Source of the DNA: Desulfobacterales bacterium
Lineage (GTDB): Bacteria > Desulfobacterota > Desulfobacteria > Desulfobacterales > UBA5852
Direction: 5' to 3'
DNA: 64,000 nt
NCBI GenBank assembly: GCA_963674755.2
Contig: CAXXVS010000002.1
Coordinates: 1,280,001 to 1,344,000, forward strand
A model generated the notes under the pieces. It worked only from the letters and a program-made list of their open reading frames with translations, searched no databases and was not told the DNA's origin. Both the position numbers and the translations under genes were made by a program. Positions 9,031-17,749 of this stretch are shown here, in pieces; position 1 is the first letter of the stretch, and each line of letters begins with the position of its first letter.

Positions 9031-9137
9031 ACCGGGGACGGGACTCCTACCCCCCCCGCCTTCTATAAGGCGCATGGGATTTTTGAAATTTTAAAACTCG
9101 GCCTGACTGTCTGAGAACTTCGAAGGGGGCTTGATAC
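9031..9137 (+). repeat. Degenerate direct repeat, copy A
   Basis: Aligns by eye with 10273-10369: GGGG-CGGG, C-run, TCTAT, GCAYGGGATTTTT, AATTT, AAAA, CGGCC, AAGGGGGCWTGA. Confidence 0.6.
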
Positions 9138-9245
9138 ATTGCGGCATATGTTGCACTTAAAAAGTATTTTTGTTAGGGGGGGAGGAATTCTTTTCTGTAT
9201 CAAGTTAGCATCACCACTTTTCGAAAGATTGAAAGGGCTCGGATA

Positions 9246-9413
9246 ATGGCCAGAGGAACTCCACCGGGACAGCAACCATATTACGTTCAGCAAAAAGACC
9301 AAAAAATTAAGCGTTTAAAAAAAGATATAGAAACTCTACAGCGAATTCTAGATTTATTATTTGATACAAAAAAAACTGGCTTGAATTATCTACAGCCGAT
9401 CTATTGGAGCTGA
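9246..9413 (+). CDS. Small basic hypothetical protein (55 aa; 66 aa to 9445 with a -1 shift at an A8 run)
   Basis: ATG 9246 MARGTPPGQQPYYVQQKDQKIKRLKKDIETLQRILDLLFDTKK...; below the ORF-track size cutoff. Confidence 0.4.
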   Translation: MARGTPPGQQPYYVQQKDQKIKRLKKDIETLQRILDLLFDTKKTGLNYLQPIYWS

Positions 9414-9488
9414 GAGAACGAATTAAAAAAGAAACAAAAAATTAAATGCCAGTTTTATGAACCTGCTTTAAATCCGTAGAGGAAAGCG

Positions 9489-10151
9489 ATGAAACATACG
9501 AGTATTAGAAATTTTATAACTTTATTGAACACCGGTAAAATCGACTATAGAGTGTTTAGACGAACGCTCAAAGACAATGTTGAGTATGCTAAAGTTTGGC
9601 CAAATGATCCATTACGTAATTATGATTTTGCGCTACCTTATCATTTTTTTCTAATCAAAAGTAGTGATGGTAAATATATAGGGGCAGTTTTAGATATGGG
9701 TAAAGAAAACTTACATGCATATATTTTTAATCAACATAGAAAAAAAGGATATCTAACAAATGCTATGAATAACGTCATCCTTCCATTTCTCTATCAAACA
9801 GGACGCCAAAAACAAACGTTCGAATTTGAGAATCCAAATCTTGGTGAGCATTTTGTCAAAAAATATGGTTTCAAAAAAATAGACCGGAACCATGCTGAAA
9901 TTGATTTAACAGAATATCAAAATGCGCTACCGATAAAATCTAAAGGTAAAGATCTTACCGTTGAAGAAATTAACAATATTATTGGACGATTTGAAAGTGT
10001 TCGAAGCTGCTTACGAATGATAAAAGATCAACTTGATACTGCATATGGTGAATGTAAAGAAATTTGTCTTGATCACTTAGTAGATCAATCTCACATAGCA
10101 TATGATGACATTCGTGATTTTTTTAATACTATTCAAACAGTAAAATCATAG
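9489..10151 (+). CDS. GNAT-like N-acetyltransferase-fold protein, very AT-rich
   Basis: AGAGGAAAG RBS; motif-A-like segment LHAYIFNQHRKKGYLTNAM; KYGFKK. Confidence 0.6.
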   Translation: MKHTSIRNFITLLNTGKIDYRVFRRTLKDNVEYAKVWPNDPLRNYDFALPYHFFLIKSSDGKYIGAVLDMGKENLHAYIFNQHRKKGYLTNAMNNVILPFLYQTGRQKQTFEFENPNLGEHFVKKYGFKKIDRNHAEIDLTEYQNALPIKSKGKDLTVEEINNIIGRFESVRSCLRMIKDQLDTAYGECKEICLDHLVDQSHIAYDDIRDFFNTIQTVKS

Positions 10152-10272
10152 CCAACCAGTATGTGCTCATTCGTTGAGGCGCGCTGCCTCTTATCTACGG
10201 CGAGAAATTTTCACACCAAGGCTGGCACACCTTTTATGGCTTTAGCAGAGGATGCCTGATCATCCTGGGACA

Positions 10273-10369
10273 ACCTGGGGCGGGCCCTCCCCCTATGCCT
10301 CTATTAGCAGCACGGGATTTTTTATAATTTGAAAAACGCGGCCGACATAAGTGCAAGGGGGCATGAGAC
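10273..10369 (+). repeat. Degenerate direct repeat, copy B
   Basis: See copy A at 9031-9137. Confidence 0.6.
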
Positions 10370-10794
10370 CCTGAAAAGGAAACGGTAGATAGTAACACCC
10401 GGCCAAAAGCTTCACTTTCGTAGTCAATTATTTCTAATATAGATATAATCTACTTAACCAATAGAGCCCTCCTGGAGTATCAGTCTAAAAAATATTACTG
10501 GTTTAATCTATCTCCAGTCACAGCATTTCCCTCAAAACGCATTTTCACTATCATTAAATCCCACCTCAATTGGTTTTTTGTAAACCGTGTCCCAAAGCTG
10601 GTTTAAATAATTTTACACTTCTCAAATTCCGTCCCCCGGGTATTCACCTATCAGTTCAATTCGACCAAAACGCCGCTAAATCAACGCAATAAATGGAATT
10701 GCAACTATATAAGTTGAGACTTTATTACATTTCTTAGGAAAGGGAATTATGGAACGCATAACTAATCACAAGGCTTAAGAGGAGGGTTTCTTAG

Positions 10795-13383
10795 TTGAGC
10801 GATTCCGATATCGAAAAGGTGTACAACGTTTTTTTCAGGCCTGGTGAAGTGGTCGAACTGCGAGCTCTCGGTTGCGGCGGAAAGAACAATGCCTGGGAGG
10901 GCTTTGCCCGCCATGACACCGGAGTCTTCGGCTATTGTAACAACGCTAAGGATTTCGTCCGATCAGCCGAGGCTTTGGATCGCCTCGCTGAACCTCCCTA
11001 TGGCATCTATTTCACAATCAATCCACCCAAGCCCGCAGTGATGGCCCGAGCTCATAATCGTCTGGTAGCTGTGAACAAAAAACGCCCCTGCACCTCGGAC
11101 AAGGAAATTCGCAAGGTCCGATGGCTACCCATCGATATTGACGTGAGCAACGCAGTGCGGCCTACGGGTGTTAGTTCAAGTGCAGAAGAGTTGAAACTAA
11201 CAAGATTGGCTGGTATCGAGATAGTGAAATTTCTTTCTGAAAAAATGGGCTTCCCGGATCCGATCAAGGGGATGAGCGGCAATGGTCACCATGTGATCTA
11301 CCGCATTCCTGAAATGGTTCCCGAGGAAGCCAAACCCCTTCTCAAAAAATGCCTGGCCGCTCTTCAGGACCAACTAACCGTCGAACATGTGGAAGTGGAT
11401 CAGAAGGTTTTCAACCCGTCCAGGATATGGAAGTTATACGGCACCACAGCCCGCAAAGGCGATCACACAAACGACCGTCCCCATCGCCAAAGCCGTTTAT
11501 TCAAAGATGCTCCGAAGAGCTTTGATGAAGTCCCTGAGGTACCGCTGAACAAACTGATAGCCCTTGCTGAGTTAGCTCACAAAGATGACCAGTCCAAGGC
11601 TAGTCACTCTCTTCCAGCGAAGTCCCCCGTTAATCACATCGAAAAATCATACTCACGGAACTTTGGAAAGGTCCTCCTGGGGCAATACCTAACTGCCTAT
11701 GGAGTCAATTATCGCGTGGAGCAGAAAAACGGATCGGATTGGTACTTCTTAGACGATGGTTGCCCTTTTGATCCACAGCACAAGGGCAAGGATGCCGCTA
11801 TCATTCAAAACCAGGATGGCAAGATTACCTACTATTGTTTCCACAATTCATGCCACGGGCTCACTTGGAAGGATGTACGCCAGGTCATTAGTGGGAACGA
11901 CAAGATCGTTGAATTTTGTGAGAACTATGATCCGGACTGGACGCCAACCAGGTCTTGCGGCACAGGATTATTGACTCATGTTAAGGTCCTATCCCCCGGG
12001 CCGCCGGGAAAAGGCAGCCTCATCGTGGAAATCCTAAACGCTCCGGAAACAGTTCCGCCCCCCGACGAAATCGATCCGTATGAATTTTTCGAAAGACGCG
12101 GCAAGCGCCATAAATTCTGTGTACATAAATTGGTCGCCTACCTGGCTACACTGTTACGGCCGATCGTATGCACGAGCGGAAAATTTTATCGCTATGATAA
12201 CGGATTCTGGCAGGAGATGGCCGATGCTGATGTTAGGCAGATGATCGTTGCGGCATTGGGAGAGCGGGTCCAGGCCAACTGGGTTAAGGAAGCTCTTACA
12301 CTTTTAAAGGATCGTGTTCGTCGCCAAGATGAGCACTGGCAGCCTTATCCGGAATTGGTCAATGTACGAAATGGCATGGTGAATATTGAGGATGGTAGCC
12401 TTCTGCCTCATGACCCTAAATATTGCAGTCGTGTCCAATTGCCCATCGACTATGACCCCAACGCCACTGCTCCCAGGTTGGAGCAGTTTTTTACCGAAAT
12501 TTTCCCTGAAAACGGGGAGGACGGCACGTGGCAAACCGGCGGTATGCTGAAAATGATGATGTTGCAGGAGTTCATGGGTTACTGCCTAATGGAGACCTGC
12601 AAATACGAAAGATGCATGTTTATGTATGGTCAAGGTGCAAACGGTAAGAGTACTGTACTGAATGTGATGGAGAAGATGTTGGGAGCAGACCACTGCAGTG
12701 ATATGAACATTGATGATCTGGCCAACCGTTTCAATATCCCCTACCTGCAGAACAAACTAATCAACAAGTCACCCGAAGCCCTATCAAAGGAACAGTCCGC
12801 AGTACAGAAGCTAAAAAGCTTTATCTCCGGGGATCGGGTGGTAGGAGAGTGGAAACACGGCGAACAAGTGAGCTTCGCTCCACGGACAAAATTCTTGTTT
12901 GCTATGAATCTGCCCCCGAATATTCACGACAAGTCCCACGGCTTCAACCGCAAGATTCTGGTGTTAAACTTCAACCGAGTTTTTGAAGAACACGAGATGG
13001 ACCGTGACCTGGCCGTCAAATTGGAAAACGAATTGGACGGGATCTTTGTTTTTGCACTGGAAGGCGCTATGCGCCTGCGCCAGCAAGATGGCTTTACTGA
13101 TGGGGGTATCATTCACCAAGACAAGGACATGTTCATGGGGCAGCTCAACAACGTTCTCTTGTTCGTTTCAGAAGAATGCGAAATCGAAGACGGCGCCCGA
13201 ATTCCCAGCGACGACTTGTTTGAGGCTTATAAAGCATGGTGCGACAAAAACGGTCTCCGAGCCTTGGGGGCCCCTAAGTTCCAAGAGCAGCTACTTCACA
13301 AGTATAAGATCAAGAAGGTTAAGGGATGTTGGTCTGAGCGCCGCCGCATGACCTTTAATGGCATTCGCCTTATCAAGCACTGA
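10795..13383 (+). CDS. Primase-helicase, phage/plasmid P4/D5 family (AEP-like primase, Zn finger, SF3 helicase)
   Basis: TTG start after GAGGAGG; WLPIDID and MSGNGHH primase motifs; CPF...H...CFHNSC; D5_N-like VNVRNGMVNI...PHDP; Walker A GQGANGKST. Confidence 0.9.
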   Translation: MSDSDIEKVYNVFFRPGEVVELRALGCGGKNNAWEGFARHDTGVFGYCNNAKDFVRSAEALDRLAEPPYGIYFTINPPKPAVMARAHNRLVAVNKKRPCTSDKEIRKVRWLPIDIDVSNAVRPTGVSSSAEELKLTRLAGIEIVKFLSEKMGFPDPIKGMSGNGHHVIYRIPEMVPEEAKPLLKKCLAALQDQLTVEHVEVDQKVFNPSRIWKLYGTTARKGDHTNDRPHRQSRLFKDAPKSFDEVPEVPLNKLIALAELAHKDDQSKASHSLPAKSPVNHIEKSYSRNFGKVLLGQYLTAYGVNYRVEQKNGSDWYFLDDGCPFDPQHKGKDAAIIQNQDGKITYYCFHNSCHGLTWKDVRQVISGNDKIVEFCENYDPDWTPTRSCGTGLLTHVKVLSPGPPGKGSLIVEILNAPETVPPPDEIDPYEFFERRGKRHKFCVHKLVAYLATLLRPIVCTSGKFYRYDNGFWQEMADADVRQMIVAALGERVQANWVKEALTLLKDRVRRQDEHWQPYPELVNVRNGMVNIEDGSLLPHDPKYCSRVQLPIDYDPNATAPRLEQFFTEIFPENGEDGTWQTGGMLKMMMLQEFMGYCLMETCKYERCMFMYGQGANGKSTVLNVMEKMLGADHCSDMNIDDLANRFNIPYLQNKLINKSPEALSKEQSAVQKLKSFISGDRVVGEWKHGEQVSFAPRTKFLFAMNLPPNIHDKSHGFNRKILVLNFNRVFEEHEMDRDLAVKLENELDGIFVFALEGAMRLRQQDGFTDGGIIHQDKDMFMGQLNNVLLFVSEECEIEDGARIPSDDLFEAYKAWCDKNGLRALGAPKFQEQLLHKYKIKKVKGCWSERRRMTFNGIRLIKH

Positions 13384-13447
13384 AGGTCAGACTATCTTGA
13401 CGCGCATGCCCCCGCATATTACAACCCCCAGAAAATGGGGGGAATGT

Positions 13448-14626
13448 ATGGCCGGTTCGATCTATTTCGAAGAGGACCGCGGCCGGTGGGCGATCAACTT
13501 CCCTTATGGCCGCAAGGGAAAGCGAAAAAAGATTAAGGTTCGGAAATGGCGCGGACACTATTTTTACCGGACCCACAACGATCCACGCAGGTGTCAGGGC
13601 TACAAAAGGGCCGACAAATGCCTTTCAATTATGCAGGCCGAGGTCGATCGTGGGGTTTTCCGCCCGGAAGCCTATACGGAAGATCAATGGTCCGATACCG
13701 TCCCATACTTAAATGAATGGCTTGATGCCCAGTCCTTGGCCCCTTCAACTTATTCGACCTACCGGGCCGCTGTTACCAACCACCTGATTCCCTTCTTTGG
13801 AGAACACGAATTCCAGCTCCACGAGATCCAGCTTGACACATTGACCAAGCTATTGAAGATTCTGCAGGCGAAGAATCTATCACCCAAATATTGCTGGAAC
13901 ATCATGAACACCCTGCACGCCTGCCTGCAATTTGCCTACGACTCCCATCGCATAGAGCGTATGCCGAGTTTCCCGAAGAAAGGCCAGTACAAACTCTGCG
14001 ACCCGGATCCTCAATGGGTCGATGAGGCCACTCAGCTATCCATAATCAGCAATATTCCCGAGGAACATCATCCGATATTCATGTGGATGAAAATGCACTA
14101 TCGGCGCCCCTGTGAAGCCATGAGCCTGTTTAAAACGGATTGGAATGAGGATCAGGGATATTGGTTGGTGCAGAGGTCGATCAGCAACCGTAAGCTCGTC
14201 AAGCGAACCAAGGACGGCCAGCGCTACATCGCCGTCATTGATCCGGATTTCGAGGCATACTGGCCGAGATACCAAACCTTTGAAGAAAAGCGTTCGCCTT
14301 TCTTTTTTACCTGCAAAAGCAGCCGGTCCGAAGGCAAGCGGTACACCGATTCCATTTTAAACCCACTCTGGAACGCTGCCTGTAAAAAGGTTGGGATCAA
14401 TATCGCTATGTACCCGGGAACCCGGCACTCAAGCGTGACGCAGTATCTGGTTGAAAAAGAAGGTTCGCTGGACGAGGCACAGGAATTAACCCAGCATTCG
14501 AATAAATCAACCCTAAAGAGATACTACGCTGCAGCTCGGATCGAGCGAATGCGAAAGGCCATTAGACGTGGGAAGGTTATTCCTTTTGGGGACCAGACGG
14601 GGACCGATGGCTCTGGGAACCCTTGA
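13448..14626 (+). CDS. int: Tyrosine integrase
   Basis: N-terminal arm-binding-like segment, LAPSTYSTY core-binding region, catalytic RRPCEAMSL, YPGTRHS, QHSN, KRYY. ATG at 13448 after a GGGGGGA RBS; adjacent to the att site. Confidence 0.9.
   Translation: MAGSIYFEEDRGRWAINFPYGRKGKRKKIKVRKWRGHYFYRTHNDPRRCQGYKRADKCLSIMQAEVDRGVFRPEAYTEDQWSDTVPYLNEWLDAQSLAPSTYSTYRAAVTNHLIPFFGEHEFQLHEIQLDTLTKLLKILQAKNLSPKYCWNIMNTLHACLQFAYDSHRIERMPSFPKKGQYKLCDPDPQWVDEATQLSIISNIPEEHHPIFMWMKMHYRRPCEAMSLFKTDWNEDQGYWLVQRSISNRKLVKRTKDGQRYIAVIDPDFEAYWPRYQTFEEKRSPFFFTCKSSRSEGKRYTDSILNPLWNAACKKVGINIAMYPGTRHSSVTQYLVEKEGSLDEAQELTQHSNKSTLKRYYAAARIERMRKAIRRGKVIPFGDQTGTDGSGNP
14588..14605 (+). repeat. Tandem GGGGACC repeat, putative integrase arm-type sites
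   Basis: GGGGACC at 14588-14594 and 14599-14605 (11-bp period), ~45 bp from the att core. Confidence 0.45.
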
Positions 14627-14647
14627 TTCTGTAAGCTTAAGGGTGGT

Positions 14648-14671
14648 TTCGATTCCCATGCACTTCCGCCA
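14648..14671 (+). other. att site: duplicated 3' end of tRNA-Sec (selC); not a full tRNA
   Basis: TTCGATTCCCATGCACTTCCGCCA = T-loop, 3' acceptor strand and GCCA end typical of tRNA-Sec. No 5' half or TCA anticodon arm upstream (integrase ends at 14626). Confidence 0.85.
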
Positions 14672-14843
14672 TTTTTTATCTTTCTGGAACCATTCGGTAT
14701 TTCGACTCCCCCTGCCCTTTAACCTTCTCAAACCCGCTTCACGAAATCCGGTCCCTACATCTTTCGGTCATCATACAGTCATCTATCCCAAAAGCCGACC
14801 GAAGTTAGCATATGTAACCCGGGATAACAAGAAACCCGGTCGA

Positions 14844-15185
14844 TCCTGCTTTACACGGCCTCCACCCTTTGCCACCTTATTCAGCAACAAAGCCTGAAGG
14901 GGTTTCTCCAGAACCTGGATCATTCCGCCATCTACCTGCTGATCGCCGGAACCTATACGCCCTTTACCCTGCGCAGCCCTGGGGATGGGGGTTTTTCGGA
15001 GTGGTTTGAGGCCTGGCGGTGCTCGGCATCGTATTGCAGTTCATGCCGGCGGGGCCGCCGAAAGCCGTTTCGCTGATATTGTACGTCGGGATGGGCTGGT
15101 CCGTTGTTGCGGCCGTCAAACCGCTGGTCCATTCGGTGGACACCGGCGGCATCCTCTTGCTCGTATTGGGGGGGGCCGGCCTACA
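14844..15185 (+). pseudogene. Hemolysin III (YqfA/PAQR) family remnant
   Basis: [10 protein letters not shown]...[19 protein letters not shown], then a frameshift, an in-frame TGA at 15007-15009, then LYVGMGW...LLLVLGG; both ends missing. Confidence 0.85.
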
Positions 15186-15696
15186 AAGCTGGCTTTTGGT
15201 GGGAGTGTTCATTTTCACTCCGCCCTTCAATCTTGCGCCTAAATCATCCTTAGCCTCTTTTCCTCGCCGAGCGGCAGCTATACCGTGCGCATTTTTACCA
15301 TGCCCAAATCACCTCGCCTTTGGCTTGGAAACGTTCTGACCCGGCTTGTCATTCAACCCGATTTATGAGATATGACTTACATCCGAAAACCTTACCGACG
15401 TGTCGGGAGTGCCAGGCCAGGCGACCCGATATTTCGATAATGCTTTAGAGGGTTTTTTTGACTTTTGGTTTTCCGGCTTTCTTTTGTCCAGCGCCGAGCA
15501 TCGGCGGGGCGGCGCAAGAAAGGTTTCGGCCTGCTCGTCCACCAAAGGCTTGTCGCAGACAGGTTTGGGCGAAGCGCGCTCCGACAAGGACCGGAAACAG
15601 CCGCCGGTCGATGCAGCGCATCTTGTCGGCAGGCAAAGCGCCAGAGGCGTGGAGGGTTTAACGCAAAACGAACGGTTAGGGATCAAGGAGGGTAAA

Positions 15697-16047
15697 ATGG
15701 CCAATTTTCTTTTTGTACTGAGCAAAGACGACAACGAGGCGGCAACCCGATGCTTTCAGTTCGCAAAAATCGCCTATGATAAGGGGCACAAGGTCAATAT
15801 GTTTTTTATTGACGGCGGGGTCACCTGGGCCGACAAGACCCGCGACTTGAGCATCAAAACCACCACCGGTGACTGCCCCCGGGACTATCTGCCCTACCTG
15901 GTCGACAAGGAAGTCGAAACCGGCATCTGCACGCCCTGTGCGAAAAACCGGCAGCTCGATGAAGCCAGCTTCTTCTCCAACATGCAACTGGACGGAGGGC
16001 CGCATCTGGTGGATATGGCTGCGCAGGCCAAGGTTTTCAATTTTTAG
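15697..16047 (+). CDS. DsrE-family protein
   Basis: AAGGAGG RBS; GHKVNMFFIDGGV and ICTPCAKNR motifs. Confidence 0.8.
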   Translation: MANFLFVLSKDDNEAATRCFQFAKIAYDKGHKVNMFFIDGGVTWADKTRDLSIKTTTGDCPRDYLPYLVDKEVETGICTPCAKNRQLDEASFFSNMQLDGGPHLVDMAAQAKVFNF

Positions 16048-16107
16048 GAACCTTATCGGATGGCTGATGTTTTCCCGGGCGACCGACAGCAAAGCTGGTC
16101 GCCCTTT

Positions 16108-16611
16108 CTATTCTTCGGAATGACCGCGCCTGTCGAACGTAAAGGGCCTTTCCTCTTCATCCAGAGACCGACCCTGAGATCGATCCTGGGAATCCGCCGA
16201 ATCCTCCGGACGGAGCGCTTCGGGCGACGGTTCGCATATCGGTTTTCTAATCAGGTAGAGAACCGCAGCGATGGAGGCCGCCATGCAGGCGATCTGCAAC
16301 AGGGTGTTGCCTGTGGTCATGCGATGATTCTGCAATATCGGAAAGATGGCGATGCCATTCAGCGGTAGGCAAAACAGCAGTCCTCCACAAAGGATCTTGC
16401 GCCCCCATTCACGGCAGGCCCACAAGCCGCAAAGGGCTGTGCCGATGAGGACGCCAACGGCCAGGAACACGAGGCCGCAGGTGACGAACCATCCCGCAGG
16501 TTCGGTCGTCTGGCGGGAAAAGATCATGAGCAGACCGATAACGAGCAGCAGCAGGGCGTTAAAACCGGCATAGATGGCAATGACAAACATGTTGAAAGGA
16601 TGGTGATGCAC
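16108..16611 (-). CDS. Hypothetical membrane protein (about 4 TM segments)
   Basis: AGGAG RBS before GTG; four hydrophobic stretches. Confidence 0.65.
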   Translation of the reverse strand: MHHHPFNMFVIAIYAGFNALLLLVIGLLMIFSRQTTEPAGWFVTCGLVFLAVGVLIGTALCGLWACREWGRKILCGGLLFCLPLNGIAIFPILQNHRMTTGNTLLQIACMAASIAAVLYLIRKPICEPSPEALRPEDSADSQDRSQGRSLDEEERPFTFDRRGHSEE

Positions 16612-16738
16612 TTGTCTCCTGTCATGATGCGGCTGTTGTCAAAACGATAGCGCACCGATTTTTTAGGATGAAACCGGAAGCAAGTCAAACGGGCGGAGCG
16701 CGTCTGGGATGATCACACAGCAGCCGGGAGGGTGCGGG

Positions 16739-17188
16739 TTATGCGGGCTCTTCCCCGCGGGTAAAACGGGGACGACAGTCAATCAACCGGATACGACAAA
16801 AAGGGTCCTGCTGGTAGAAATTATTCCAAGTCAACTGTGATCGGGCCTCTTCGATATCGGGGTAGGCCCGCATGTCGACCCCGCGCAGATCCGTCAAAGT
16901 GCAGATCATCCGCGCCATGTTAAAGAGCGTTAGGTCGGAGCTGGCCACAATCGCCCAATGGGGAATAAAGCAATGGTTGACTTCGGCAAAAGCGCATTTA
17001 CAGCTTCCCTCAATTTCGATGGCAGCCTGTTCTTCGGCTTCCCGGACATCGAACAGCGCCCGCATCGGGGCTTCGAAGCCAGGATCGCCCATACCGTGCT
17101 CCAAACCATCCAGAAAAGCTCCGGCCGCAATCGCCCCCTTAACGATCAAGGTAAAAATATCGCCTCTAACAGCGTGTCTGACCCCCAT
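16739..17188 (-). CDS. Hypothetical protein, possibly SpoIIAA/STAS-like fold
   Basis: AGGAAGG RBS; pattern TLIVKG...ALFDVRE...WAIVAS...YPDIEEARSQL. Confidence 0.55.
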   Translation of the reverse strand: MGVRHAVRGDIFTLIVKGAIAAGAFLDGLEHGMGDPGFEAPMRALFDVREAEEQAAIEIEGSCKCAFAEVNHCFIPHWAIVASSDLTLFNMARMICTLTDLRGVDMRAYPDIEEARSQLTWNNFYQQDPFCRIRLIDCRPRFTRGEEPA

Positions 17189-17463
17189 GGATTCGCCACC
17201 TTCCTATGACGGGGATTATCCCCTAATGGGAAATTCAATACCCACAGACTGCTCAAGGCCCCTATCTTCGGCTTATCAAAAATCTGCCACGCGTTAAAAA
17301 CCCATTGATGTCAAAGCCATAAATCGACACAGCGGGTTTCAGAAACTTCAGGCACATATTTTGCTTTTCTCAATATTCACCAGGGTCACTCGCCCTGCGG
17401 CGACTTCCTCCCGGTCCTGTACCCTAAACGACGCAGATGCCCGATGCGAAAGAAAGCCACCAT

Positions 17464-17715
17464 ATGAAACCTGAGTTGAACGTCAATATCTGCCAAATCA
17501 TTCCGCGGAATTCAAATGACGATGTCGGCTGGTTTTTCATCAATGTCGACCACGACCTGCCGGATGATACCGGATCGTGCGCTTCCATCAAGCTCGAAAT
17601 ACCGGTGCGCCTGCCCCCTGACAGCGACCTGTCATTGACCGAACCGGAAGTCATGCAAAAAGCGCAAGATCTCATGGTCAACGCCCTGGCAGCCCTCAAA
17701 TCCACCGCTTCGTGA
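17464..17715 (+). CDS. Small hypothetical protein
   Basis: ORF fills the gap between neighbours with host-like codon usage. Confidence 0.55.
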   Translation: MKPELNVNICQIIPRNSNDDVGWFFINVDHDLPDDTGSCASIKLEIPVRLPPDSDLSLTEPEVMQKAQDLMVNALAALKSTAS

Positions 17716-17749
17716 GCATCTATCCTGTCCCCGGCCTTCCTGATCAGGC

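Larger units (their letters stand above)
1..14671. mobile_element. Integrative genomic island (satellite/IME-like) inserted at tRNA-Sec; left end lies outside the window
   Basis: Integrase and primase-helicase abut a tRNA-Sec 3'-end fragment; defence-type cargo; visibly more AT-rich than DNA beyond ~15 kb. Confidence 0.85.

Noticed and set aside
10749..10778. 9-codon ORF (MERITNHKA) before the primase
   Set aside because: Too short to support without ribosome profiling.
14575..14671. Complete tRNA-Sec gene
   Set aside because: Only the 3' 24 nt match; the upstream sequence is integrase coding DNA with no acceptor 5' strand or anticodon arm.
14700..14725. Second tRNA-like 3' fragment (TTCGACTCCCCCTGCCC)
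   Set aside because: No CCA end or recognisable acceptor strand; could be chance.
15007..15009. TGA as selenocysteine
   Set aside because: It occupies a Trp position in a frameshifted hlyIII remnant, so a nonsense mutation is simpler.
15400..15696. N-terminal 99 aa of ORF 15400-16047
   Set aside because: Strong RBS and family start at 15697; the upstream part is probably non-coding.
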